The notes beneath the pieces were generated by a model. It saw nothing but the letters and a program-made list of their open reading frames with translations, was not told the DNA's origin and ran no database searches. Positions 9,959-18,921 of a stretch of 32,000 bases of DNA are shown here, in pieces; position 1 is the first letter of the stretch, and each line of letters begins with the position of its first letter. The DNA comes from Telmatocola sphagniphila (GTDB lineage Bacteria > Planctomycetota > Planctomycetia > Gemmatales > Gemmataceae): the NCBI RefSeq assembly GCF_018398935.1, contig NZ_CP074694.1, positions 4,140,001 to 4,172,000 of the forward strand, given 5' to 3'. The position numbers were made by a program, and so were the translations under genes.

Positions 9959-11899
9959 ATGGACCCTGCAAATCTCTACTCGATCGTGGCACTAGCCTTA
10001 GTCCTAGTTGTCTTGTTGATCTCAGTCTTTTTGGTAGCCCGCTACCTACCGAATAATAAAGTCGGTATCGTTGAAAAACTCTGGTCCAACCGGGGATCGC
10101 TCGGCGGCGGCCAAATTGTCGCGCGGAATGGCGAGGCCGGTTTCGAACCCGATGTGCTGCGCGGCGGCATCCACTTCGGCTATTGGCGCTGGCAATACAA
10201 AGTCCATCAACGCCCTCTGATTACCATAAAGCAAGGAAAAATGGGCTACGTTTTTGCCAGGACCGGCGAAGCGCTTGGCCCCAGCCAAACTTTGGGACGC
10301 GTGGTCGAATGCAATCACTACCAGGATGTGGAAGCTTTTCTGGAGCACGGTCAGAAGGGTCGGCAGCGAGCCATTCTTCGCGAAGGGGTTTATGCCATTA
10401 ACCTAGCCGTCTTCAGTGTGATAACCGAGGACGGCGTGTTCGCAATCGACGTGGCACAGGACGCCGCCAAGTGGCATCGCCACCTGGCCGAGATCAATGG
10501 TTTCGATCCCGTGGTGATTGGCAGTTCGACCGAAAAATTGATGGACGATATCGGTATCGTCACGACGCACGATGGCCCCTCGCTGGAGCCCGGGGAAATC
10601 ATCGCACCGCCGGTAGGTAATGAAGTCGACAACCCGAACTATCACAACAATTACCAGGATATTGAGGCTTTTCTAAAGGCAGGCGGACGGCGGGGTAAAC
10701 AGTATGCCCCCCTCGTCGATGGCACGTATTTCATCAACCGTTGGTTCGCCACGATCGAACTCATTCCCAAGGAAGTGATTACCATTGGAGAAGTGGGGGT
10801 TGTAGTGAGTTACTACGGTAAACAAGGCAACGACACTTCCGGCGCCACCTTCCGCCACGGCGAGCGCGTGCATCAGGGTCAACGCGGAGTTTGGGAAAAC
10901 ACGCTGGGTCCTGGCAAGTATCCGTTCAATACTTACGCAGGTCAGATTATTCGCGTGCCGACGACCAACTTCGTGTTGCATTGGATAACTGGCAAAACTG
11001 AAGGGCACAAGTACGACGAAAGCCTGAGATCGATCGACCTGATTACCAAGGATGCCTATGAGCCGATTCTGCCGTTATCGGTGGTGGTTCACATCGATTA
11101 TCAGAAAGCCCCGAATGTGATTCAACGCTTTGGCGATGTCAAGAAATTGATTACCCAGACGATCGACCCCATGCTGTCGGCTTACTTTCGAGACGTGGCT
11201 CACAAACGAACCATGTTAGAATTGGTGCATGATCGCGACGATATCCAGGCACAGGCTCGCATGGAACTCAGCTTGAAGTTCGAGCAGTTCGATATCCAGT
11301 GTGTCGACGTGCTGATTGGAAAACCGGAATCTCAAGGAGATGATGGAAAAATCGAAAACTTACTGGAGCAGTTGCGCCTGCGACAACTCTCGCTGGAGCA
11401 GATTGAAACTTACGGAAAGCAAGAAGTTGCCGCAGGGAAAAAGCAAACGCTGAACGACGCCAATGCGAAAGCCGAGATGCAGGCACAGCTGACGCACTCG
11501 GCGATTCAGATCAGCATACAGACAAACGAAGCGGAAGCGGCACTTGCCCGCGCCCGCAAGGATGCGGAACGAATCGTGGTGACGGCCAAGGCCGCCAGCG
11601 AAAGCGTTTCACTCGAAGGTCAGGGGCTTTCAGAGAAAGTGAATCTGGTCGGGAAAGCCGAGGCCGAAGTGCTCCAGAAGAAAGTGGAATCGTTCGGCGA
11701 TTCCCGACTCTACGCGATGTCTCTGATCGCCGAGTCGCTCGCGCAGAGCAAACAGCCTCTTGTTCCCGAAACGATGTTTGCCGGGGGCGGTGATCAGGGA
11801 TCGGGCCTGCTGGGGACCTTAATGTCTCTGCTGGTCGCCGAGAAGATGGGGATGAAGCTTCCTGCTCGAACTATCGCGGAAGAGAAAGCCCCCCGTTAA
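9959..11899 (+). CDS. SPFH/Band-7 (flotillin-like) membrane protein with extended N-terminal region
   Basis: 646-aa ORF with N-terminal TM helix LYSIVALALVLVVLLISVFLVA. The SPFH core is at about aa 330-460 (…IDLITKDAYEPILPLSVVVHIDYQ…). A flotillin-type Ala/Glu-rich coiled coil (EAEAALARARKDAERIVVTAKAA...) sits at the C-terminus. An SD-like AAGGA lies 6 nt upstream. Confidence 0.9.
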   Translation: MDPANLYSIVALALVLVVLLISVFLVARYLPNNKVGIVEKLWSNRGSLGGGQIVARNGEAGFEPDVLRGGIHFGYWRWQYKVHQRPLITIKQGKMGYVFARTGEALGPSQTLGRVVECNHYQDVEAFLEHGQKGRQRAILREGVYAINLAVFSVITEDGVFAIDVAQDAAKWHRHLAEINGFDPVVIGSSTEKLMDDIGIVTTHDGPSLEPGEIIAPPVGNEVDNPNYHNNYQDIEAFLKAGGRRGKQYAPLVDGTYFINRWFATIELIPKEVITIGEVGVVVSYYGKQGNDTSGATFRHGERVHQGQRGVWENTLGPGKYPFNTYAGQIIRVPTTNFVLHWITGKTEGHKYDESLRSIDLITKDAYEPILPLSVVVHIDYQKAPNVIQRFGDVKKLITQTIDPMLSAYFRDVAHKRTMLELVHDRDDIQAQARMELSLKFEQFDIQCVDVLIGKPESQGDDGKIENLLEQLRLRQLSLEQIETYGKQEVAAGKKQTLNDANAKAEMQAQLTHSAIQISIQTNEAEAALARARKDAERIVVTAKAASESVSLEGQGLSEKVNLVGKAEAEVLQKKVESFGDSRLYAMSLIAESLAQSKQPLVPETMFAGGGDQGSGLLGTLMSLLVAEKMGMKLPARTIAEEKAPR

Positions 11900-11911
11900 T
11901 AGTTGATTAGT

Positions 11912-11951
11912 GAACGAACGGGAAATTTCTCAATCGAGTTCCCGTCCGTTC
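11912..11951. terminator. Hairpin between convergent genes (candidate bidirectional terminator)
   Basis: The arms are gaacgaacgggaa (11912-11924) and ttcccgtccgttc (11939-11951), with 12 of 13 bp complementary and a 14-nt loop. It sits in the 92-nt gap between the stops at 11899 (+) and 11992 (-). Confidence 0.45.
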
Positions 11952-11991
11952 GCCTTACATTCAGCCGAGCTAAAGAACATCCTGGGAAGAA

Positions 11992-13341
11992 TCACTTGAC
12001 CGCGATCAAGCCGGTGCTGATCTCGATCGCGGTCGCACCTTCCGAATTTTTCTGAATTTCCAGCCGCAGCAGACTGGCTTTTTGAAAAAATTGGTAGTTG
12101 GCCCGACCACGGGCTTCGAGTTCCTGCCAGCCGAGTTTTTTCAGTTCGGTCTTAAAGAATTGCACGGTATCTGGTTCGGACAATGTGGTCTTGGAGTTGA
12201 ATGTGTCCGCCCGCTCCGGGGGAATCTCCGTGCCGGAGGGATACGGCAATTGACGGAGATCGACATTCCCCTGATTCACGATGCCGATTTGAACGTCTTC
12301 CTTCATCTTTTGAGATAAACCGACCGCCACGCGGTAGCCCTGTTTCTCGAATAGCATACTTATTTGATTGGGGATGGCAGTGTCGGTTTGTACTTCGCGC
12401 CAATCGTTCTCCACCATCTGCTTGCGATAGAAGTGGATTGCCTCCTCCAAGGTGCCATGTGCCTGACATTGAACGGTCGTTGAGCTGGCAATCGGCTCGA
12501 TCTGCCGATCTCTTTTCTTTGCATCCTTAATCAGGGGAAGCTTACGAAGGTCCAGAAGGGCCAGGTACTCTTTTTCATTGGCGGCGACTGCGACCTCTTT
12601 GGGTGTTAAAACTTTTCTGACTTCGCTGGCGTCAAAGGTCTTACGAACGCCACTGCTAATGGTCACTTCGGTTAGGCCCGATGCATTTTTTGCGGAAATT
12701 ACGCTAATTTCCATGGCATTTTGCAGAAACCGAAGAAGGATGCGGCCTTGCTTGGCAAAAAAAATAGCCGAGTCCGCGGGAGCTTCCTTCCAGCCATTTT
12801 TCTCCAGCGCCTTTCGACAAAAATCGGCCGCTTGTTCGGGACTGGACGCCGTCGTGTACAAAGCGACTGACCGGCCATTATTCAAAAATTTTGCATCCGA
12901 GGGCTTGGCAAGTTTCCGCAGATCCACATTCCCCAGATTGGAGATCGTGATGCTGACCGGGCGGGCGGGATCCAGTCGGTAGCCGCTGATCGACAACCGA
13001 ATTCCCCCTTTATCGAAATTCAGAAAAAGGAAGGATTTCTGATCGATGCCGGGGATCGGAGTCTGATCTTCTTTCCAGCCAGCGCTGGGCAGATTCTTTT
13101 GAAAGAATGCGGCGAGTTCCTGAAAGTTCCCGGAGACCTCCAAGGAGTACATCGAGAGACCGATCCGTCCCGGCTTTGCGCCGGCGGGAAGGGGTAATTT
13201 CGACCAGTCTATCGCGTCTCGGATTTCCGTCAGTGTTGCCGCCTTGTCGAGAGTGGAGGATTCCTGGGAGATGCTGGATGGTGTGCGACAAGTAATCAGA
13301 AGAAGCAGGGCGACTGCATTCCGCAAGTGAGACCAAATCAT
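11992..13341 (-). CDS. Secreted hypothetical protein built of four tandem alpha/beta modules
   Basis: 449-aa ORF with an N-terminal hydrophobic signal (AVALLLLITC). GGAG lies 5 nt upstream of the ATG. I recognise no family. Confidence 0.8.
   Translation of the reverse strand: MIWSHLRNAVALLLLITCRTPSSISQESSTLDKAATLTEIRDAIDWSKLPLPAGAKPGRIGLSMYSLEVSGNFQELAAFFQKNLPSAGWKEDQTPIPGIDQKSFLFLNFDKGGIRLSISGYRLDPARPVSITISNLGNVDLRKLAKPSDAKFLNNGRSVALYTTASSPEQAADFCRKALEKNGWKEAPADSAIFFAKQGRILLRFLQNAMEISVISAKNASGLTEVTISSGVRKTFDASEVRKVLTPKEVAVAANEKEYLALLDLRKLPLIKDAKKRDRQIEPIASSTTVQCQAHGTLEEAIHFYRKQMVENDWREVQTDTAIPNQISMLFEKQGYRVAVGLSQKMKEDVQIGIVNQGNVDLRQLPYPSGTEIPPERADTFNSKTTLSEPDTVQFFKTELKKLGWQELEARGRANYQFFQKASLLRLEIQKNSEGATAIEISTGLIAVK
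11995..13212 (-). repeat. Four protein-level tandem modules of about 90-125 aa (aa 44, 139, 263, 360)
   Basis: Each module opens with [IVL]D[WL][SR][KQ]L(P/A)-x-P and contains a helix ending in GW/DW 45-51 residues later: PSAGWKED, EKNGWKEA, VENDWREV, KKLGWQEL. Confidence 0.65.
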
Positions 13342-13497
13342 ATTAGCTCCGGTAATGGGTAATGCGGACGGATACCGGTAGCTTAGTTAGTCCTCAGTAA
13401 AACACAATTATGATCGCTGGCGTCCTAAGTTCCGAATTCAAAATTGGCAACGAATTCGAATCCTGCTCCAGGAGAATGGCCTGCCGAATTGAGGCCG

Positions 13498-13530
13498 AAA
13501 AAAATCGTCCTGTTTTGGTCCAGAACGATT
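13498..13530 (-). terminator. Candidate rho-independent terminator downstream of the transglutaminase-like gene
   Basis: The stem is aatcgtcctg (13503-13512) and cagaacgatt (13521-13530), 9 of 10 bp, with an 8-nt loop. On the minus strand the stem is followed by a 7-T run (the A-run at 13498-13504 on plus). It lies about 100 nt after the stop at 13634. Confidence 0.4.
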
Positions 13531-13633
13531 GCTTTTCGCGGGGCTAATTTGCACAGAATAGACAACCGACTTTTCCATCGGGCCTTCACCGTCAAGGTGA
13601 AGGACTGTTTGTGTTCGATCCCAATCGGGAGTT

Positions 13634-15607
13634 TCAATTCTTCTTACGGGTGAAGGTCACCACGCCGCCAAACTCCGCGATTTCCAACTTCAGAATGTCG
13701 CCCTTCAATTCAAACGGCCTGACAACCGTGCCGGTCTTGTCTCCTTTGATCGTCAGCTTATTCCCGTTGATCGTCCAGGTGCCTGTATCATCGCTGGTTC
13801 GTTTGCCAGTGGCATCGTTTCGAACCCAGGCCCCTTCGAAGGCTCCATCCTGCTTGAAGAGTGCGGCTCCGCCTACGGTGCCTCCGTTGAGGTTGAATCG
13901 GGTTACCCACATGCCCACAATGGTGTCACCAGTACTGGGAACCGGGTTATTCTGATTCGGAGTCGGGTTGTTGCGATTCACCACGGCGGTGGGCATTTTG
14001 ATTCCCCATTTTTCCAGGGGATCTTCGCCCACTGGAGGCAAATCGATGGGAATGGCTCCTAATTTCTGATACTTGGACACGACAGCTTCATCGTAAGGCA
14101 TCGAACCGGCTCTAATAGGCTTCATGTGATTTTCGAACGCGTAGGCAACGGCTTCGTCGAAGCTACGTCGGCCGACCTGGGTGGCTTCCACGGGAATGAG
14201 CTTTCCGCTCTGGGGCAATTTCACGGCGGGAAAACAATGGCCCGGAATGTTATACAGCACCGCTTCCAGACCGACAGCCTGGCACAAACTGCCATAGAGA
14301 ATGGCCAAGTCGATGCAGGTACCGGCATGATTCTTCAGCACATCGCGGCCATATTTGACGTGCTGGATGAATTTCGTTTCGTTCTCGCCCGAGGGCGGAG
14401 TCTGATAGGCCACGTTCTCGCCAATGAACTGAAACGCCGCGGCCATGAACTTAAGAGCCGCTTCGTCACTTGCGGCCGCGTTGGTGCCGCCCGACCATTT
14501 CGCGATTCGACCCGCGGCCTGCTGAATAACGGTATCTTCGTGGGTTACAAACGAGGAAACCACAGCCCCGACCAGATTCATCCGGTCGTTCCAATCGACG
14601 CAATCGGCGAATTTCATGCTCGTGTAATAGACCTGATTGCGGCTCAGCAGAATGATTTCTTTGGATTCGGTCTCTTCCACCAGTTTCCCGTCGGAGCCCC
14701 TGTATTGATACTGGATTTCAATCGCGGCCCGGCTTTGGCCAGTGAGCCGGCCGATTCGTTCCATATCGAAGATCGGATAGTAGCCATCAACGACTGTCTG
14801 ACCCGCGACGACCAGTGGAGTCCCCTGCCAGGAACTCCACGTTGGGGCATATTCAGCGATGCGGAAGCGCACCCGGTAATCATTGAGAGTTACCGATCCG
14901 GTATTTTTGAATTTGCTGCGAGCGGTCCATAATGCACTGAACGATCTATTGCTCAGAGCCTTGGCCAGACTCGACATCACCTGGTCTTTGGCTTCCAGAT
15001 CAAATTCGACTTTGGAAGTCCCTGTCGTCGCGGCAGGTGCCGGCAGTTTATAGCTCAGGCGAGCGGGCGATTTCAGAGTTTTCACCTCAGTGGCCCCGGC
15101 GGGCATTGCTACCTTGATCGTGTTGGTCGCCACACCCATTCCCTGAATTTCCGCTGCCTGCGTCAGTACGGCGACGCCGTCCGCAACGGCCACCAGATCG
15201 GTATCCAAACTATCGATGAGCGGTAATTCCCAAGTCTCTCCTTTGTGAACACGTGCAACGCCGCGAGAGAGAAAACTGATTCGCAGTGTGCTCTCACCAT
15301 CGAGCCATTCCCCGTTGATACCTTCTACCGCGGCACTCTGATCGCTTAGACCGAGCTTGCGGATCATCACCGCCGTGTTGGGAGTGGTCTTTTTGAACAT
15401 GGTGTAGAGGGCTACGGGCAATTTGATTTCATATTGAAAGGAGCAATCGCCATTTGCGGAGAGCTTATTATTCTCCTTCAACTTCATCACGGGAGCGGAT
15501 TGCGCCGCCACCAATGCCGGGAATGCCAAGCTCAGGAGAAATAAAAGCGAGAGATACCGAAAGGATTTCCAGGGCTGAAAACAATTTCTTTGACTCGTTC
15601 CGGTCAT
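13634..15607 (-). CDS. Secreted transglutaminase-like (Cys-protease fold) protein with C-terminal lipocalin-like domain
   Basis: I chose the ATG at 15607 (MTGTSQRNCFQPWKSFRYLSLLFLLSLAFPALVAAQS, a signal peptide; GGAG 4 nt upstream) rather than the track start at 15682. The transglutaminase core is NHAGTCIDLAILYGSLCQAVGLEAVLYNIPGHCFPAV. The C-terminus GMWVTRFNLNGGTV...GTWTINGNKLTIKGD...LKGDILKLE resembles lipocalin-like beta-barrel domains. Confidence 0.8.
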   Translation of the reverse strand: MTGTSQRNCFQPWKSFRYLSLLFLLSLAFPALVAAQSAPVMKLKENNKLSANGDCSFQYEIKLPVALYTMFKKTTPNTAVMIRKLGLSDQSAAVEGINGEWLDGESTLRISFLSRGVARVHKGETWELPLIDSLDTDLVAVADGVAVLTQAAEIQGMGVATNTIKVAMPAGATEVKTLKSPARLSYKLPAPAATTGTSKVEFDLEAKDQVMSSLAKALSNRSFSALWTARSKFKNTGSVTLNDYRVRFRIAEYAPTWSSWQGTPLVVAGQTVVDGYYPIFDMERIGRLTGQSRAAIEIQYQYRGSDGKLVEETESKEIILLSRNQVYYTSMKFADCVDWNDRMNLVGAVVSSFVTHEDTVIQQAAGRIAKWSGGTNAAASDEAALKFMAAAFQFIGENVAYQTPPSGENETKFIQHVKYGRDVLKNHAGTCIDLAILYGSLCQAVGLEAVLYNIPGHCFPAVKLPQSGKLIPVEATQVGRRSFDEAVAYAFENHMKPIRAGSMPYDEAVVSKYQKLGAIPIDLPPVGEDPLEKWGIKMPTAVVNRNNPTPNQNNPVPSTGDTIVGMWVTRFNLNGGTVGGAALFKQDGAFEGAWVRNDATGKRTSDDTGTWTINGNKLTIKGDKTGTVVRPFELKGDILKLEIAEFGGVVTFTRKKN

Positions 15608-15910
15608 CGTCCGTCTCCGAAAAGTCGCGATAATAAAATCGGTATCGCTGATCTCATCGTCCTCATGCGTAAACGAAAACAAGAAAGTTGAACATTTCGG
15701 CGGGAATGAGAGTGAGATCGCTGATGCATTCCAAACACCCGCTAAGGTGGCCGGTATTTTGAAGGAATAGCTCAGAGAAATTTAAGTAATATGGCAAATT
15801 GAAAAGGATGAAAACGGAAATGCCGTTTAGTCACGGATAAACTGGAACAGATTTCAGAAATTCATTTCAGAAGTCCGTTCCATCTCTCTGGTTCGTCAAA
15901 ACTATTGCCT

Positions 15911-17176
15911 TTAGCGCTTCACTTCCAAAAACGCAACCATGCTCGGGTTCCCTACCGGCGTATACTGCCCGGTGAAATTGAGCCGGCCCGTCTTGCGGTC
16001 CACGCGAAAAACGGCGATATTATCGCCTCGCTGGTTGCAGCAGTACAAAAATTCCCCGCTGGGATCGAAAGAAAAACTCCGGGGATAGTTGCCGCGCGTC
16101 CACTCCTCCCCCACGTAAGTTAAAGTTCCGTTTTCACCCACCGCAAAAATGCCAATGCTATCGTGCAGCCGATTCCCGGCGTAGATATACCGACCATCCT
16201 TGGAAACGAGAATCTCCGAACAGAAATTACTGCCAGCAAAGCCTGGCGGCAAAGTCGATATAGTCTGTCGCGCTGTCAGCTTTCCGGTTTTGGCTTCGTA
16301 ATCGAACAGGATGATCGTCGAACCTTCCTCCTGAATGCAATAGAACCAACGGCCATTGGGATGAAACTGAAAATGACGAGGTCCATCGCCTGGTGGAACC
16401 GATACCGTGGGATTCTCGCTGGGAGCTAAGGTGCCGTTCTTTTCATTGAACTTCCAGACGTAAATCTTGTCCAATCCCAAGTCGACGTGGATAACGAATT
16501 GGCCAGTCGGATCGGCTTCAATCATATGAGCGTGGGTGTGATCATGTCCACTGAATGCAAAGCTGCCCAAAGGTGCATTCTTTGCCCGGGTCGGACCGAG
16601 GGTACCTGCATCGTTCTTGACGTCCGTCGCAGTGCCCAGCCGTCCATTATCTTGAATCGGTAGCACGGCCACGGAGCCGCCAAAGTAATTGGCGACGAAT
16701 AAATATCGACCCGAGGGGTGAATACTCACATAAGTCGGCCCCGCTCCGCCCGAGTTGACCGTATTTAGTAGATCCAACTTTCCGTCGGCCCGATTGATGG
16801 CGAACGCACTGACCGTTCCCTCTTTTTTTTCACCCACCTTATCGGTTTCGTTGGACGAGTAGAGTCTCGTACCGGCGGCGTTCACCGCCAGACAGCTCGG
16901 GCTAGTACCGAGTTCGAAAATCCCGACCGGCATTAAAGCGCCCGAAGTACGGTTCACCTGAAAGATATGTATCCCTCGGCCATTGCCCGGCGGCAAATCG
17001 ACCTGAGTTGGCAGCACGTCCTTTAAAGGTGAGCTGAAGGTGCCGACGTAGGCAAACAAAGTCTTATTGTCTGAATTCTGTCTCGCCAGCAGACTCCGCT
17101 TGAGAAGCGGAGAAGTTCCAGCCAGAGTGAGGGAGTTTTTGAGAAATAGACGACGGGAAGCAGGTAGTGCAGTCAT
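15911..17176 (-). CDS. Lactonase family protein (7-bladed beta-propeller, 6-phosphogluconolactonase-like) with Tat signal
   Basis: 421-aa ORF with twin-arginine motif SRRLFLKNSLTLAG. It shows the repeated propeller pattern typical of PF10282-type lactonases (...HPSGRYLFVANYFGGSVAV..., ...HPNGRWFYCIQEEGSTI..., ...DPSGEFLYCCNQRGDNIAVF...). Confidence 0.9.
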   Translation of the reverse strand: MTALPASRRLFLKNSLTLAGTSPLLKRSLLARQNSDNKTLFAYVGTFSSPLKDVLPTQVDLPPGNGRGIHIFQVNRTSGALMPVGIFELGTSPSCLAVNAAGTRLYSSNETDKVGEKKEGTVSAFAINRADGKLDLLNTVNSGGAGPTYVSIHPSGRYLFVANYFGGSVAVLPIQDNGRLGTATDVKNDAGTLGPTRAKNAPLGSFAFSGHDHTHAHMIEADPTGQFVIHVDLGLDKIYVWKFNEKNGTLAPSENPTVSVPPGDGPRHFQFHPNGRWFYCIQEEGSTIILFDYEAKTGKLTARQTISTLPPGFAGSNFCSEILVSKDGRYIYAGNRLHDSIGIFAVGENGTLTYVGEEWTRGNYPRSFSFDPSGEFLYCCNQRGDNIAVFRVDRKTGRLNFTGQYTPVGNPSMVAFLEVKR

Positions 17177-17384
17177 GAGAGATCGCGCCTTTCAAGCCCA
17201 GAGACAAATTGATTCGCAAGCGGGATGGTTGAAGAAGTCATTATCCATCATCGGGTTCACTTCTATGCCTTTAGGATATCGGTTCGCTGAAAGAAAAATG
17301 CATTTTCGCAACTCCGCTGGTATAGATTTTGCATTCTCTTTCGGAAGAAAAAAGAATCATTCCTGATTCAACCGGGAGCATACC

Positions 17385-17570
17385 ATGGCTAGGAAATACA
17401 GCAAATCGGCTGGCAAAAAGGTGGAAAAAGTCATGCACGAATTCAAGGAAGGAAAATTGGTCAGCGGTCGATCCGGCAAGAAAGTCAAGAATCCCAAACA
17501 GGCCATTGCCATCGGCCTTTCCGAGGCTCGCAAATCCGGCGCGAGAGTTCCCAAAAAGAAATCCTCCTGA
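17385..17570 (+). CDS. Small basic conserved protein (DUF6496-like)
   Basis: 61-aa protein MARKYSKSAGKKVEKVMHEFKEGKLVSGRSGKKVKNPKQAIAIGLSEARKSGARVPKKKSS. The motifs HEFKEGKL and KQAIAIGLSEARK.G match the family as I remember it. GGGAG lies 6 nt upstream of the ATG. The gene is nested inside a longer 221-aa ORF that is only the antisense shadow of the MFS gene. Confidence 0.8.
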   Translation: MARKYSKSAGKKVEKVMHEFKEGKLVSGRSGKKVKNPKQAIAIGLSEARKSGARVPKKKSS

Positions 17571-17573
17571 GGA

Positions 17574-18857
17574 TTATTTCGCCGGCTCCTGTTTTGGTAA
17601 GAGCTCATCGGCTTGCCGCAGGGCCGGAAAAAGTTTCAACCAAAGGCCGGTGACGAATATGGCCGCAAAGCCGCCAAAGGCCACAGCGCCTACGGGTCCC
17701 ATGAATCGGGCCGTGACGCCGCTTTCAAATTCCCCTAGTTCGTTAGACGCCCCGATGAAGAGAGTGGATACCGCGGAGACTCGGCCACGCATGCGATCCG
17801 GCGTGGTGATCTGTACCAGACTCTGCCGGATGAATACCGAGATCATGTCCGCCGCGCCCAAGACAGCCAGAGCCGCAATCGAAAGAATAAAAGATTGGGA
17901 AAACGCGAAGACCACCGTCATCAGACCGAAAACGCCCACGGCTATAAACATTTTCATCCCGGCTCGCTTTCGAATGGGCCGGGAACTCAGATAGGCGGCC
18001 ATGATCACCGCACCCGCCGCCGGCGAGGCTCGGAGGATACCAAAACCTTGCGGTCCCACTTCCAGAATATCGCGAGCGAAAACTGTTAACAAGCCAGTTG
18101 CACCGCCCAGAAGCACCGCAAAAAGATCCAACGAAATCGCTCCGAGTACGATTTTGTTCTGCCAGAGATAATCCAGCCCTTCCCGAATCTGTTGCGCGCG
18201 GGATCTCCCCGGTTCGATCACCGGCTTGGTATCGCCCAGAATGCCGCTAAAGCAAAGGATTGATCCAAAAAACAAGGCGATACAGAGGGCATAACCAATG
18301 ATAGGATTCAGTGCACAGACCAGCCCACCCAGCACCGGGCCAAGAATAATCGACAATTGCAGCATGAAGGAATTGGTTGCGATCGATCTAGGAAGTAACT
18401 CAATAGGCACCAGCTTTGGCCCGAGGGCACTCGCGGCCGGCTGAAAGAACGCTCGTGCGATACCGAAACATCCGGCCATCGCAAAAATGACGAGCATATC
18501 TCCTTGAAGATAGGAGCGAACCGTCAGAGCGATGGCTATCAACATTTGAACGAGAAAACAGGCAACCAGGATTTTTCGCCTATCGTGACGATCCGCCGTT
18601 TCACCCGCCGGTAAAGTAAAAGCGAATAGTGGAAGAAATTGTGCGAGACCGATCAGGCCCACACGCAACGACGCCTCATCGACGTTCATCGATTTCCGAG
18701 CCAACTCGTAAACTTCCCAGGCGATGACGACTGCCTGGCACTGAGTCGCCAGGGTTCCAAAGAATCGACCGAGCAGATAGAGTCGGTAGGGTTGGATCGC
18801 CAGAAGCTGCTGGAGTTCACTTTTCGGGCGAGACGGCTGAGATACATAGTTGATCAT
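17574..18857 (-). CDS. MFS transporter (MFS_3 / 'transmembrane secretion effector'-like)
   Basis: 427-aa ORF with about 12 hydrophobic segments. The N-terminus YRLYLLGRFFGTLATQCQAVVIAWEVYEL and ...PAGETADRHDRRKIL... are typical of this MFS subfamily. Confidence 0.9.
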   Translation of the reverse strand: MINYVSQPSRPKSELQQLLAIQPYRLYLLGRFFGTLATQCQAVVIAWEVYELARKSMNVDEASLRVGLIGLAQFLPLFAFTLPAGETADRHDRRKILVACFLVQMLIAIALTVRSYLQGDMLVIFAMAGCFGIARAFFQPAASALGPKLVPIELLPRSIATNSFMLQLSIILGPVLGGLVCALNPIIGYALCIALFFGSILCFSGILGDTKPVIEPGRSRAQQIREGLDYLWQNKIVLGAISLDLFAVLLGGATGLLTVFARDILEVGPQGFGILRASPAAGAVIMAAYLSSRPIRKRAGMKMFIAVGVFGLMTVVFAFSQSFILSIAALAVLGAADMISVFIRQSLVQITTPDRMRGRVSAVSTLFIGASNELGEFESGVTARFMGPVGAVAFGGFAAIFVTGLWLKLFPALRQADELLPKQEPAK

Positions 18858-18921
18858 GCCATCATTTTTAGTCGGGCACGCTCAGAAGAGGACCATCTTA
18901 AAAAAATGACTCTCGAAGGGA

